From the NCBI GenBank assembly GCA_964636135.1, contig CAZWPR010000003.1, positions 24,193 to 88,192 on the forward strand: a stretch of 64,000 bases of DNA, written 5' to 3'. Position numbers and translations under genes: made by a program. The notes beneath the pieces are model-generated. The model made no database searches. It was not told where the DNA came from and saw only the letters and a list, made by a program, of their open reading frames with translations. Shown here piece after piece: positions 18,012 through 28,014 of this stretch. Source of the DNA: an uncultured Polynucleobacter sp. (lineage in GTDB: Bacteria; Pseudomonadota; Gammaproteobacteria; Burkholderiales; Burkholderiaceae). Position 1 is the first letter of the stretch, and each line of letters begins with the position of its first letter.

Positions 18012-19214
18012 TTACCAGCTGGATTCGCGGTCAGGGGTAGAGGAGATCCGGTGAATACTCAAATCAGCGCCATCGTATTCTTCTTCTTGCGATAGGCGGA
18101 TGCCCATCGCTAGCTTGAGCAGACCATACACCACAAAGCCGCCGACTAGGGCAATACTGACCCCCAGAAGACTACCAATCAGCTGGCCTGTAAGGGAAAT
18201 ACCGCCTAGTCCACCGAGCGCTGTAGAGCCAAAGATACCGGCAGCGATGCCGCCCCAAAGACCGCATAAACCATGCAGTGGCCAGACCCCAAGGACGTCG
18301 TCGATCTTCCAGCGGTTTTGCGCAAGGGTGAAGGTGTATACGAATAAAGCACCTGCAACCAGGCCAACCACTAAGGAGCCCAAGGGGTGCATTAGGTCCG
18401 AGCCGGCACAGACTGCAACCAGGCCAGCTAAGGGGCCGTTGTAAGAAAAGCCTGGATCATTTTTGCCAATCAGCCAGGCAGATAAAGTACCGCCCACCAT
18501 CGCCATTAACGAATTGAGAGCAACGAGACCGCTGATCTTATCGATGGTTTGCGCGCTCATCACATTGAAGCCAAACCAGCCTACTGCCAAAATCCAAGCC
18601 CCGAGTGCTAAAAATGGAATGTTGGAAGGGGGATGTGCAGAGACGTTGCCATCTTTGGTATAGCGACCACGGCGCGCGCCAAGCAAGAGAATGGCAGGCA
18701 GGGCAATCCAACCACCCATGGCATGGACTACGATCGAACCGGCAAAATCATGGAACTCTTCGCCAGTGAGTTCTTTAATCCACGCTTGGATGCCGTAATG
18801 CTGGTTCCAGGTAATGCCTTCGAAAAAGGGATAGATAAAACCAACGAGTAAAAAAGTAGCGATCAACTGGGGATTGAATTTGGCACGCTCGGCAATGCCA
18901 CCAGAAACAATCGCTGGAATTGCTGCGGCGAAGGTGAGCAAGAAAAAGAATTTAACTAACTCGTAGCCATTTTTCTGTGCCAGCACTTCAGCGCCGGAAA
19001 AGAAGTTGACTCCGTAAGCAATGCTGTAGCCAATGAAGAAATAGGCAATTGTAGAGACAGCAAAATCAACCAAGATTTTGACAAGTGCGTTAACTTGGTT
19101 TTTCTTGCGCACGGTGCCCAGCTCTAAAAATGCAAAGCCTGCATGCATGGCGAGCACCATAATGGCGCCCATTAAAATAAACAACGCATCACTACCAGTC
19201 TTAAATGAATCCAT
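18012..19214 (-). CDS. amt: Ammonium transporter (Amt family)
   Basis: MHAGFAFLE.G, SGGIAER, DFAGSIVVH, GWFGFN, DDVLGVWPLHG (twin His). Confidence 0.92.
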   Translation of the reverse strand: MDSFKTGSDALFILMGAIMVLAMHAGFAFLELGTVRKKNQVNALVKILVDFAVSTIAYFFIGYSIAYGVNFFSGAEVLAQKNGYELVKFFFLLTFAAAIPAIVSGGIAERAKFNPQLIATFLLVGFIYPFFEGITWNQHYGIQAWIKELTGEEFHDFAGSIVVHAMGGWIALPAILLLGARRGRYTKDGNVSAHPPSNIPFLALGAWILAVGWFGFNVMSAQTIDKISGLVALNSLMAMVGGTLSAWLIGKNDPGFSYNGPLAGLVAVCAGSDLMHPLGSLVVGLVAGALFVYTFTLAQNRWKIDDVLGVWPLHGLCGLWGGIAAGIFGSTALGGLGGISLTGQLIGSLLGVSIALVGGFVVYGLLKLAMGIRLSQEEEYDGADLSIHRISSTPDRESSW

Positions 19215-19275
19215 GGCCTATTCCTTAAATTGATGCGTCATTATGGGGAATCGGGGATGGTATGAGCCATAAATT

Positions 19276-19292
19276 TGCACCAAAAAAGTGCA
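19276..19292. promoter_or_regulatory. NtrC-like binding site upstream of amt
   Basis: TGCACCAAAAAAGTGCA matches TGCAC-N7-GTGCA, about 60 bp upstream of the amt ATG. Confidence 0.65.
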
Positions 19293-19367
19293 AAAATAGG
19301 TCCTCTGTCGCTTTACGCGCAGAGACCTAGAAAAAAGAGTGCTTGGGATTACTAGGCGTTATGGCAA

Positions 19368-20960
19368 TTAAAACCCAGCAGCAATACCATCGCGACGGTG
19401 ATCGCTGCCGGCAATATAGCCTCCAGAGACATCTTCACCGATCAGGGCAATAGCCTGAGCGCTTCCAAAATCAAGGCTGTTAAAGGGCATTACTGTGACC
19501 TCGTGGCCGAGTTGGCGCAGACCATCAACCACATCAGTCGGCATAGAGGACTCAACGGTCAGTTTTCCTAAGTCATCAATGCGCCAGCGTGGTGAATCCG
19601 AGCACGCTTGAGGGTTGAGCTGATCATCAACAAAATGCATGAGCATTTGCAAGTGACCTTGGGGCTGCATGTTTCCACCCATCACACCAAATGCCATGAC
19701 CGGCGCATTATCTTTGCTCAAGAAAGCGGGGATGATGGTATGAAATGGGCGCTTGCCTGGGGCCACTTGATTGGGATGACCTGGAACAAGACTAAAGCTC
19801 ATTCCACGGTTATGGAGAGCAATGCCGCCCGGCGCAACCACGCCCGAACCAAATCCTTTGAAGTTGGATTGGATGTATGAAACCATCATTCCGGAATCAT
19901 CTGCGGCGCACAAATACACCGTGCCACCCGAATGCGGATCGCCACTGGGGTATTGCCCCGCTTTCTTGTGGTCAATTAATGCAGCACGGCGTGCAAGGTA
20001 GTTTTGATCTAATAATGCACGCGGATCTATGTGCATCGAGCCCGCGTCAGCAACATGCGCATAGGCATCAGCAAAGGCAAGTCGCATGGACTCTACTTGG
20101 AGGTGGATACGCTGTGCAGAATAACGTGGATACTGCGTTGCATTTAATGCGTCCAAGATACCCAATGCCATCTGCGCAATGATTCCCGTGCCGTTGGGTG
20201 GGATTTCAGAAAGGGTATAGCCCTTGTAGTTGAAATCAAGCGGCTCCACCCAATTCGCCCCATGAGAATGAAAGTCGCTTAGAGAAAAAGATCCCCCCGT
20301 CTTTTTTGAAAAATCGACGATGGCCTGTGCAATCTCGCCTTTATAAAACGATTCCCCAGTGCTATCAGCAATACTACGCAAGGTCTTGGCTTGCTCTGGG
20401 AAGCGCCAGATTTCTCCGGCAGCTGGGGCTCGACCGTTTACTGTGAAGGACTCTAAAAATCCCGGTTGGCCTTGGAGGATAGGAATAGCCTCGCGCCATT
20501 GTCTTGCAATCACGGGTGAGACGGGGTAGCCGCTCTCGGCATACGCAATGGCCCGCTTAAATAAGGACGCAAATGGCAATCGCCCAAACTTTTTAGACAG
20601 CGCAACCCAGCCCGATACCATGCCAGGAACAGTTACCGTATCCCAGCCAATCAATGGCATTGCCGACTTGCCAGCAAAAAACTCAGGCGTCCATGCAGCC
20701 GGCGCGCGGCCCGAGGCATTGAGGCCGTGCAGTTTTTTGCCGTCCCAGATCAGGGCAAATCCATCGCCGCCAAGCCCATTCATGGTGGGCTCAACTACGG
20801 TTAATGTAATTGCGGTAGCCAATGCAGCATCGACCGCATTGCCACCCTGTTGCAGCGCTTCTAATCCAGCTTGCGTCGCTAAAGGCTGAGAGCTAGCAAC
20901 CGCATTGCGGGCTAATACCGGGGTTCTTCCACGGCCGTAAGGATGTGAGATATCCATCAT
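19368..20960 (-). CDS. Gamma-glutamyltransferase family Ntn hydrolase (YwrD/HpxW-like)
   Basis: GGNAVDAA, GLGGDGF, VTVPG, nucleophile Thr in GGTVYL, RPFHTIIP, GVMGG.MQPQG, GSDHRRDG; no signal peptide. Confidence 0.9.
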   Translation of the reverse strand: MMDISHPYGRGRTPVLARNAVASSQPLATQAGLEALQQGGNAVDAALATAITLTVVEPTMNGLGGDGFALIWDGKKLHGLNASGRAPAAWTPEFFAGKSAMPLIGWDTVTVPGMVSGWVALSKKFGRLPFASLFKRAIAYAESGYPVSPVIARQWREAIPILQGQPGFLESFTVNGRAPAAGEIWRFPEQAKTLRSIADSTGESFYKGEIAQAIVDFSKKTGGSFSLSDFHSHGANWVEPLDFNYKGYTLSEIPPNGTGIIAQMALGILDALNATQYPRYSAQRIHLQVESMRLAFADAYAHVADAGSMHIDPRALLDQNYLARRAALIDHKKAGQYPSGDPHSGGTVYLCAADDSGMMVSYIQSNFKGFGSGVVAPGGIALHNRGMSFSLVPGHPNQVAPGKRPFHTIIPAFLSKDNAPVMAFGVMGGNMQPQGHLQMLMHFVDDQLNPQACSDSPRWRIDDLGKLTVESSMPTDVVDGLRQLGHEVTVMPFNSLDFGSAQAIALIGEDVSGGYIAGSDHRRDGIAAGF

Positions 20961-20963
20961 GAA

Positions 20964-21956
20964 TTAATCAATCTTAATATTGGTGGCATTGACGATCTTG
21001 CTCCACTTGTCATGCTCTGTATTAGTTACTTCAGCCAGCTTACCCGCATTTTCAAACTGAAGAAAAATACCTTGATTAGCAACGCGTTGTTTTAAATCGG
21101 GATTGGTAATAATCCGACGCAATTCACTTTCCAGTCGATTCACGATTTTTGGTGGCGTTCCTTTAGGGACATAAATGGCAAATAAATTCTCGACATCAAA
21201 TTTCATCATTCCAGCTTGAGCCAAGGTTGGAACCGTTGGCATGAGGGGGGAGCGCTCGCTTGAGGCAATTCCAAGCGGCCGCAGTTTTCCGCTATTGATA
21301 TGAGGCAGTGATGCGGTGACGCTATCGAACATCATTAATGTATTGCCTGCTATCAGGTCAGGCAGGGCAAAGCTACTCCCTTTATAGGGTACATGGACTC
21401 CAGCTGCACCAATGCGCTGCATGAATAACTGTGCCTCAAGATGGGATAGCGTCCCATTTCCTTGCGAGGCATAACTAAAATTGCCATTGCGCGATTTAAT
21501 AAATGCGGTTAGTTCTGCAACATTTTTAGCGGGCACTGTTGGATTCACAACGAGGACGTGGGGCACAGCACCCACCAAAGCGACTGGGGCAAAGTTCGTT
21601 CTCAAGTCTGCGGGAGGATTTTTGTACAAGGCTTGTGAGATTGCTTGATTGGTTAATGCACTAAAGTGAATGGTGTAGCCATCTGGTGCTGCACTAGCAG
21701 CGGCTCCAAGCCCAATCATGCCGCCTGCGCCGGGCTTATTTTCAATCACTATGGCTTGGCCCAGGGCCTCGCCGAGCGGAACCATGATCGCCCTTGCAAA
21801 TACATCCGTTGAGCCGCCCGCAGGGAAGGATAAAACAACTTTAATTGGTTTTTTTGGCCAATCACTGTCTGGGTTTGCTCGGGCGAAGCCGATGCAAAAA
21901 ATGAGCAAGCTAAGCAAGGTGATGCTTCGTAATGAGAAGAATTTACTGAAGTTCAT
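20964..21956 (-). CDS. Bug family tripartite tricarboxylate transporter substrate-binding protein
   Basis: Signal peptide, WP.KPI, FPAGGSTD, ENKPGAGG, PDGYT, HVPYKG. Confidence 0.92.
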   Translation of the reverse strand: MNFSKFFSLRSITLLSLLIFCIGFARANPDSDWPKKPIKVVLSFPAGGSTDVFARAIMVPLGEALGQAIVIENKPGAGGMIGLGAAASAAPDGYTIHFSALTNQAISQALYKNPPADLRTNFAPVALVGAVPHVLVVNPTVPAKNVAELTAFIKSRNGNFSYASQGNGTLSHLEAQLFMQRIGAAGVHVPYKGSSFALPDLIAGNTLMMFDSVTASLPHINSGKLRPLGIASSERSPLMPTVPTLAQAGMMKFDVENLFAIYVPKGTPPKIVNRLESELRRIITNPDLKQRVANQGIFLQFENAGKLAEVTNTEHDKWSKIVNATNIKID

Positions 21957-21993
21957 TATTTTGTCTTTCGGGACAGTGGGAATGGATACCTAA

Positions 21994-23358
21994 TTAGTTA
22001 AATGACTTCTGAATAACGCGGGCGAAGGTTTCAACGAAGGCTTGGACTTCTTCGGCAGTCGCAATAAAGGGTGGGGCCATGGCGACGGTATCGCCAGTAA
22101 TGCGTACCAAAATACCGTGCTCGATACAGCCCTCCAAGATCTGCATGCTGCGTAAGCCAGGTTTGCCAGCAATCGGCTCTAGATCGAATGCAGCGGCGAC
22201 GCCACAATTCCGAATGTCCAAAATTCCAGGCATGCCCTTGAGGGAGTGAGCGGCATCGCCCAAGACCTTCTCTAGAACTTGGGTGCGCGCCAAAATATCA
22301 TCATCTTCGAAGATATCCAAGCATGCGTGAGCAGCTGCAGTCGCAAGTGGGTGCCCTGAATAGGTAAAGCCATGAAAAAACTCGATTAACTGTTCTTGGC
22401 CACCACTGCTAGTGATTGTTTCGTAAATATCGTTGTGCGCAATGATGCCGCCCATCGGGATGACGCCATTGGTGATGGCTTTAGCGAATGTAATCATGTC
22501 GGGCTTTACCCCAAAACGTTCTGCCCCAAAGTTGGCTGCAAGTCGACCAAAGCCAGTAATGACCTCATCAAAAATTAGCAGGATGCCGTACTTTGTACAA
22601 ATTTCACGAATTTTTTCCAGGTAACCTACCGGCGGAACAATGACTCCGGTTGAGCCTTGCACGGGCTCCAAAATGACAGCAGCAATATTGCTGGCGTCAT
22701 GCAACGCCACCAATCGTTCAAGATCATCCGCTAAGTGAGCGCCCCAGCTAGGTTGCCCTCTTGAAAATGCCATTTGCGACAGATTTAAGGTATGCGGTAG
22801 GTGATCAACCCCCGGCATCATCATGGAGCTAAACATTTTGCGATTCGTTGGGATACCCCCCACTGAAATTCCGCCCACACAGGCTCCGTGATAGGCGCGC
22901 TCGCGGCCAATCATCCGAGTTCGACTCGATTCCCCGCGGGCGCGATGGTAAGCAATCGCCATCTTCAGGGCAGTATCGACCGCTTCGGATCCAGAGTTCA
23001 CAAAGAACACTTTTCCTAAATCAGCGGGAGCATATTGCGCAATGCGATTGGCCAGTCGAAAGGTTTCTCCGCTGGCCATTTGAAATGCCGGAACGTAATC
23101 CATTGTCTGGTATTGCTTCTGGATGGCCTCGATGATGCGGGGGTCGCCATGACCGAGCGGCGAGGTCCAAAGGCCAGAGGCACCATCAAATAATTTGCGC
23201 CCATGATCATCGGTGTAATAAACGCCTTTGGCGTTCGCCATCATCTTTGGATGTTTCCTAAAGTAGCGGTTCGGAGTGTAGGGCATCCAATATGCCTGCA
23301 TATCATCCTGGCAGTGCTTTGTATCGACTTTGCTAAATTGGGAAGTTTCGATTTTCAT
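21994..23358 (-). CDS. Class III omega-amino acid (beta-alanine)--pyruvate aminotransferase
   Basis: YWMPYTPNR, DGASGLW, NSGSEAVDTALK, YHG, IFDEVITGFGR, FAKAITNG (PLP lysine), HGFTYSGHP. Confidence 0.9.
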   Translation of the reverse strand: MKIETSQFSKVDTKHCQDDMQAYWMPYTPNRYFRKHPKMMANAKGVYYTDDHGRKLFDGASGLWTSPLGHGDPRIIEAIQKQYQTMDYVPAFQMASGETFRLANRIAQYAPADLGKVFFVNSGSEAVDTALKMAIAYHRARGESSRTRMIGRERAYHGACVGGISVGGIPTNRKMFSSMMMPGVDHLPHTLNLSQMAFSRGQPSWGAHLADDLERLVALHDASNIAAVILEPVQGSTGVIVPPVGYLEKIREICTKYGILLIFDEVITGFGRLAANFGAERFGVKPDMITFAKAITNGVIPMGGIIAHNDIYETITSSGGQEQLIEFFHGFTYSGHPLATAAAHACLDIFEDDDILARTQVLEKVLGDAAHSLKGMPGILDIRNCGVAAAFDLEPIAGKPGLRSMQILEGCIEHGILVRITGDTVAMAPPFIATAEEVQAFVETFARVIQKSFN

Positions 23359-23728
23359 ATCATGCTTTGAATAAAAGGATGTGTTGTCAGCGATTGGTAG
23401 CCAAGTAAGGGTAAAGGATGATTGATATAAATCATCGTACCGAGTGATCGATTTAAATGTGCGTTGCGCTAAACCTTAAATAAATAATTATTTATGAAAC
23501 TAGATAACGAAACATCTCGACTTTCTTGGATATTACACCCCTTGCACCCCATATTTCGAGGGGGATGCTCTGCGCATATCGTGATAGCACTCACTACGAA
23601 TGATGAATTATTTACAATAAAGTGATGCCGAAGTAGCTTTGCAGGCACTTTCAACAATGCATCTATTTGTACAAGCACTTTTGCATTTGGTTTATCATTA
23701 ATTGAAGACTACTCTAGGGAAAACCCCC

Positions 23729-24088
23729 ATGAAAAAAGCATTATTAGCCACCAGCATTGTTTTTGCATTCTCAGGCGCCGCTCAAGCCCAAGAAAAAATT
23801 CCGGTACTCAGTACCCAAGAGTTGGTCAACGTGTGCAAAACACCAGCTAGTCCAGAGTCGCGTAGTTTTTGCGTTGGCTATGTCACCGCAATTTATGACA
23901 CCTACTTGGCTACCCGCAATCCAAAAACATCGAAGTCAAATATTTGCATCAAGCAGCCGGCACCGACCCGCGATGAAGTGATCGCAGGTTATATGCAATG
24001 GGTTCAAGATAATCCGCCGGCAGCAAGTGGCCCTGCTTCGGGTACCTTCTTGCGCTTCTTGACTGTTCGCTTCCCGTGCGCACGCTAA
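23729..24088 (+). CDS. Rap1a/Tai-like periplasmic immunity family protein
   Basis: Signal peptide; Cys pattern L..VC...FCVGYV..IYD...ICI...RFPC typical of Rap1a. Confidence 0.7.
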   Translation: MKKALLATSIVFAFSGAAQAQEKIPVLSTQELVNVCKTPASPESRSFCVGYVTAIYDTYLATRNPKTSKSNICIKQPAPTRDEVIAGYMQWVQDNPPAASGPASGTFLRFLTVRFPCAR

Positions 24089-24121
24089 TTCACTTAACGC
24101 CTGTTTAAAGGAGTTCCATCC

Positions 24122-24415
24122 ATGAAAAAAATAATTACGATTAGCTCAGTTGTCTTTTTAGCGGCAGGATGTTCGAACATGAGTACTACGGAACAACGCA
24201 CTCTTTCTGGCGCGTCGATTGGTGCCGCTGCCGGGGCAGTGGGTACGGCCATTTTCCATGGCAATCCCATTTGGGGTGCGGTTGGTGGCGCTGCCGTAGG
24301 TGCGGCATCGGGTTATGTTTACGATGCCTACGAAAAAGAAAAGCAAGAACAATATAACCAAGGCTATAAGGCCGGGCAATCATCTAGCTCTGGATCCTCA
24401 AGCACTTCGAAATAA
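24122..24415 (+). CDS. Glycine-zipper lipoprotein
   Basis: Lipobox LAAGC, GxxxGxxxG zipper segments, RBS AAGGAG. Confidence 0.82.
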   Translation: MKKIITISSVVFLAAGCSNMSTTEQRTLSGASIGAAAGAVGTAIFHGNPIWGAVGGAAVGAASGYVYDAYEKEKQEQYNQGYKAGQSSSSGSSSTSK

Positions 24416-24423
24416 GGCGAGCT

Positions 24424-24445
24424 GCCGGGCAGCACTAAGCCCGGC
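24424..24445. terminator. Hairpin between convergent genes
   Basis: GCCGGGC-N8-GCCCGGC; T-tract is weak. Confidence 0.5.
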
Positions 24446-24450
24446 TTGTA

Positions 24451-24840
24451 TTAGTTAATCAGTCGGGTTTCGATTGCAATCGTACCGATAAGGGCTTTGT
24501 GTACTGGGCACTTATCGGCAATCTCCATTAGCCGCGTAGTTTGCTCCGCATCTAAATTACCAACGAGGGAAATCTCGCGCGTAAAGCGTTCGACATCATC
24601 GGTTCGATTGATGTTGACCGTCACAATTGCATTCTCAAGTCCCCAGCTCTTCCGACCGGCATACATTTTGAGCGTCATGCCGGTGCAACTGGCGAGGGCC
24701 ACAGCAAGGTATTCATGGGGAGACGGACCACTATCACTGCCGCCTTTTGAGGCATCGATGTCAGACGCGAGTTGATGTGATCCCACGGTGACGCGTTGCG
24801 CGTATGCGCCGCTGCCAAATTGTGTTTCTACTTTTCTCAT
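24451..24840 (-). CDS. OsmC family protein
   Basis: GG.D.GPSP.E..LASC..MT..MYA and IADKCPVHK (two conserved Cys). Confidence 0.88.
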   Translation of the reverse strand: MRKVETQFGSGAYAQRVTVGSHQLASDIDASKGGSDSGPSPHEYLAVALASCTGMTLKMYAGRKSWGLENAIVTVNINRTDDVERFTREISLVGNLDAEQTTRLMEIADKCPVHKALIGTIAIETRLIN

Positions 24841-24847
24841 GGTGTTC

Positions 24848-26749
24848 TTAGCCCAGTAACATTTTATTCATGCGTTTTACAAAACTTGCGGGATCACTTA
24901 AGTGGCCGCCCTCTGCAAGCAAAGCTTGATCAAATAGCAAATTTGCCCATTCGTCAAATGCAGCGTCATCGTACTTGAGTTTTAAAACCAAGGGATGTTC
25001 GGGGTTGATTTCCAAAATGGGTTTGGTGCTAGGCGCTTCTTGCCCGGCTGCTTTGAGCATCCGCAATAGATTACCCGAGAGTTCGTTTTCATCGGCCACC
25101 AGGCAGGCTGGCGAGTCTGTTAAGCGAAAGGTCACGCGCACGTCTTTTGCTTTTTCGCTCAAGGCTGTTTTCATTTTTTCAAGCAAGTCCTTAAATTCTT
25201 TCTCAGTGGACTCTTGCTCTTTCTTTTCTGCCTCGTCGGCGAGCTGACCTAAATCCAGTCCCCCTTTGGCAACCGAGGTCAGTTTTTTACCTTCAAACTC
25301 GGGCATAAAGGATAGCATCCACTCATCCACGCGGTCCGAGAGCAGCAAGACTTCAACGCCCTTTTTGCGGAAGATTTCTAAGTGTGGACTATTCTTGGCA
25401 GCATTAAATGATTCGCCGGTAACGTAAAAAATCGCGTCTTGGCCTTCTTTCATGCGCCCGATGTAATCTGAGAGCGACGTTGTTTGCTCGGCATTATCGG
25501 TGTGGGTGCTGGCAAAGCGTAAAAGCTTAGCAAGACGCTCCTGATTGCTTTGATCTTCGCCAATACCCTCCTTTAGTACCTGCCCAAATTGAGTCCAAAA
25601 GGTGCGGTACTTTTCTTGCTTGGTAGTGTCGTCGCTATTTGCCAATTCCTCCAGCATGCTGAGTACGCGTTTGGTTGAGCTCTCGCGAATGACTTTGACA
25701 TCACGTGATTCTTGGAGAATTTCACGGGAGACATTGAGCGGTAAATCAGTCGAGTCAATCACACCCGTCACAAAACGCAGGTAGGTTGGCATTAACTGTT
25801 CGGCATCGTCCATGATGAACACCCGCTTTACATAGAGCTGAATACCGCCACGCTTATTGCGGTCCCATAAATCAAACGGCGCATGTGCTGGGATATAAAG
25901 CAGTTGAGTAAATTCGCTACGACCCTCCACGCGATTATGGGAATAGCACAAAGGGCCCTCATAGTCATGCGAGAGGTGTTTATAAAACTCCGTGTATTGC
26001 TCTTCGCTAACCTCGGATTTGGCGCGAGACCATAAAGCGCTAGCTTGGTTAATCGCCTCATACTCATCCTTTACTACTTGCTCTTTTTTTGCCTCATCCC
26101 ATTCTTCTTTGCGCATCTGAATCGGTAAGGAGATGTGATCAGAGTATTTACGAATAATGGACTTGAGCTGATAAGACGAGAGGAAGTCATCTTCACCTTC
26201 GCGTAGGTGCAGGATGATGGATGTGCCACGCTCTGGCCGGTTGATCGACTCGACTGTAAATTCGCCAGAGCCGTCTGACTCCCAGCGAACGCCATCACTG
26301 GCGGGTAGACCGGCCCTGCGGGTTTCAACCGTAATGCGATCGGCGACGATAAAGGCTGAATAGAAGCCAACGCCAAATTGGCCAATCAGCGCTGCATCTT
26401 TTTGCTGATCGCCGGAGAGTTTGGAGAAAAATTCTTTCGTCCCGGATTTGGCAATTGTGCCCAAATTACTAATGACTTCATCGCGGCTCATACCAATACC
26501 GTTATCCGAGATAGTTAGGGTGCGGGCTGCTTTATTCAATTCAATCTGAATCGCCAAGTCTGGATTGGATTCATACCAATCGGGGTGAGTCATGGCCTCA
26601 AAGCGTAACTTATCCGCCGCATCCGACGCATTGGAGATGAGTTCGCGCAAGAAAATTTCCTTGTTGGAATACAAGGAATGAATCATGAGTTGGAGTAATT
26701 GCTTTACTTCGGCTTGAAAACCTAAGGTTTCCTTTTGGTCAGTTGTCAT
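24848..26749 (-). CDS. htpG: Chaperone HtpG (Hsp90)
   Basis: [41 protein letters not shown]. Confidence 0.98.
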   Translation of the reverse strand: MTTDQKETLGFQAEVKQLLQLMIHSLYSNKEIFLRELISNASDAADKLRFEAMTHPDWYESNPDLAIQIELNKAARTLTISDNGIGMSRDEVISNLGTIAKSGTKEFFSKLSGDQQKDAALIGQFGVGFYSAFIVADRITVETRRAGLPASDGVRWESDGSGEFTVESINRPERGTSIILHLREGEDDFLSSYQLKSIIRKYSDHISLPIQMRKEEWDEAKKEQVVKDEYEAINQASALWSRAKSEVSEEQYTEFYKHLSHDYEGPLCYSHNRVEGRSEFTQLLYIPAHAPFDLWDRNKRGGIQLYVKRVFIMDDAEQLMPTYLRFVTGVIDSTDLPLNVSREILQESRDVKVIRESSTKRVLSMLEELANSDDTTKQEKYRTFWTQFGQVLKEGIGEDQSNQERLAKLLRFASTHTDNAEQTTSLSDYIGRMKEGQDAIFYVTGESFNAAKNSPHLEIFRKKGVEVLLLSDRVDEWMLSFMPEFEGKKLTSVAKGGLDLGQLADEAEKKEQESTEKEFKDLLEKMKTALSEKAKDVRVTFRLTDSPACLVADENELSGNLLRMLKAAGQEAPSTKPILEINPEHPLVLKLKYDDAAFDEWANLLFDQALLAEGGHLSDPASFVKRMNKMLLG

Positions 26750-26837
26750 GGCGTATCGATGCTAAAAAAGTAAGGGGTTAGGTATATGCGTCACACACAG
26801 CAGGCAAGGAGGCAGTGTGATCCGCTTTTAATTTAGA

Positions 26838-26864
26838 AAGTGGGGCGAAAGCGGAATTTTCAAG
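26838..26864 (-). promoter_or_regulatory. Sigma32 (RpoH) promoter of htpG
   Basis: Minus strand reads CTTGAAA-attccgctttcg-CCCCACTT, matching CTTGAA-N13/14-CCCCATNT. Confidence 0.78.
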
Positions 26865-26915
26865 GGGCTGCCCCTTAAAGCTGCCACGCTGCTCAGGGGC
26901 AGGGCCCTAGGATGG

Positions 26916-27326
26916 TTATTTCGCAGTCGGTTTGCTGGGCTTTTCAGCTACTGGCAGGCCTGCTTTTTTCCATGCCGAAAAGCCGCCCTCGATGTGGCAA
27001 ACGCGGGGAACGCCCATGCGCACGAGAATTTCAGCGGCCAGGGCGGAGCGCCAAGCGGAACCGCAATACAGCATGAGGCGTTTGCCAGAACCCAGTTCGG
27101 GTTTGTAATAAGGGCTGTCGGGATCCACCCAAAATTCCAACATGCCACGTGGCGCATGAAATGCATTGGGAATCATGCCTTCACGCTCGAGCTCACGCAC
27201 ATCGCGAATATCCACAATGAGTGTGTCGGGATCATCTAGTAGAGCCATTGCTTCCGCTTGATTGAGGGTGTCGATTTTGCCCATTGCTTCTGCAATTAGC
27301 TGCTTGTAACCTAGTTTCAGTGCCAT
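26916..27326 (-). CDS. Rhodanese-like domain protein
   Basis: Likely start MALKLG. DIRDVRE, PRGMLEFW, YCGSAWRS, GGFSAWK. The longer ORF-track start overlaps the divergent gene. Confidence 0.88.
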   Translation of the reverse strand: MALKLGYKQLIAEAMGKIDTLNQAEAMALLDDPDTLIVDIRDVRELEREGMIPNAFHAPRGMLEFWVDPDSPYYKPELGSGKRLMLYCGSAWRSALAAEILVRMGVPRVCHIEGGFSAWKKAGLPVAEKPSKPTAK

Positions 27327-27420
27327 AGGGTGCTTTCGTTCATCAATGGGTAGAGCGTCATATTGAATTGCAGATGAGGTATTGTAAGCAGAACCCGTAA
27401 AACTTCGATATGCTTGAACG

Positions 27421-28014
27421 ATGATTCGTTTAAATACCATACCGGTTTTGCCACGTATTCCGACCTCCCTTGGCGGGGTCTTGGTTGTGCTGGCCTCGCT
27501 GATGGCGAGCGGTCCTGTGTACGCCAAAGAATCTCTGGATCCCTATGTCAAGGGTTTGCAATTGCAGGGTCAGGGCCGAATGACGTTTTGGGGGTTTGAT
27601 ATTTATGATGCCCGTCTTTATGTCGGCGATCAGCGCGGTCAAACCGGCTTTGCCTTAGACCTTAATTACTTACGCTCGCTCAAAGGTTCGGATATTACTA
27701 AGCGTACTATCGAGGAAATGCAGCGCCTCGGTGTTAGCGAAGCGAACCGCAGTGCATGGGGGAAAAAACTGGACGGGATTTTTCCAGATGTAGTTTCGGG
27801 TAGTTCTTTGACCGCGATTCATGTCCCTGGGCGCGGCACCGTCTTTTTGCATAACGGCAAATCGGTAGGTGAAATTGCGGGCGATGATTTTGCTAGGTCA
27901 TTTTTTTCCATTTGGCTTGATCCTAAAACCGCCGCCCCGAAGTTAAGAATGGCCTTAATTGGTCAAGCATGCGCCCCTCTAATTGTTGCCCCTACGTGTG
28001 AGCCCTCCCGATGA
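27421..28014 (+). CDS. Chalcone isomerase-like (lipid-binding) family protein
   Basis: Signal peptide; G.G....GFDIYDARL, L.Y.R, IFPDV..G, FFSIWLDPKT..P.LR..L.G. Confidence 0.8.
   Translation: MIRLNTIPVLPRIPTSLGGVLVVLASLMASGPVYAKESLDPYVKGLQLQGQGRMTFWGFDIYDARLYVGDQRGQTGFALDLNYLRSLKGSDITKRTIEEMQRLGVSEANRSAWGKKLDGIFPDVVSGSSLTAIHVPGRGTVFLHNGKSVGEIAGDDFARSFFSIWLDPKTAAPKLRMALIGQACAPLIVAPTCEPSR

Noticed and set aside
26750-26830. RNA thermometer in the htpG leader (TCACAC...GTGTGA hairpin)
   Set aside because: The hairpin does not pair with a Shine-Dalgarno sequence and shows no ROSE or fourU signature.
27327-27527. N-terminal extensions of the rhodanese, moaC, DUF2946, zinc-finger, sua5 and SHP ORFs in the ORF track
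   Set aside because: They overlap neighbouring genes or promoters, and family homology begins at downstream start codons.
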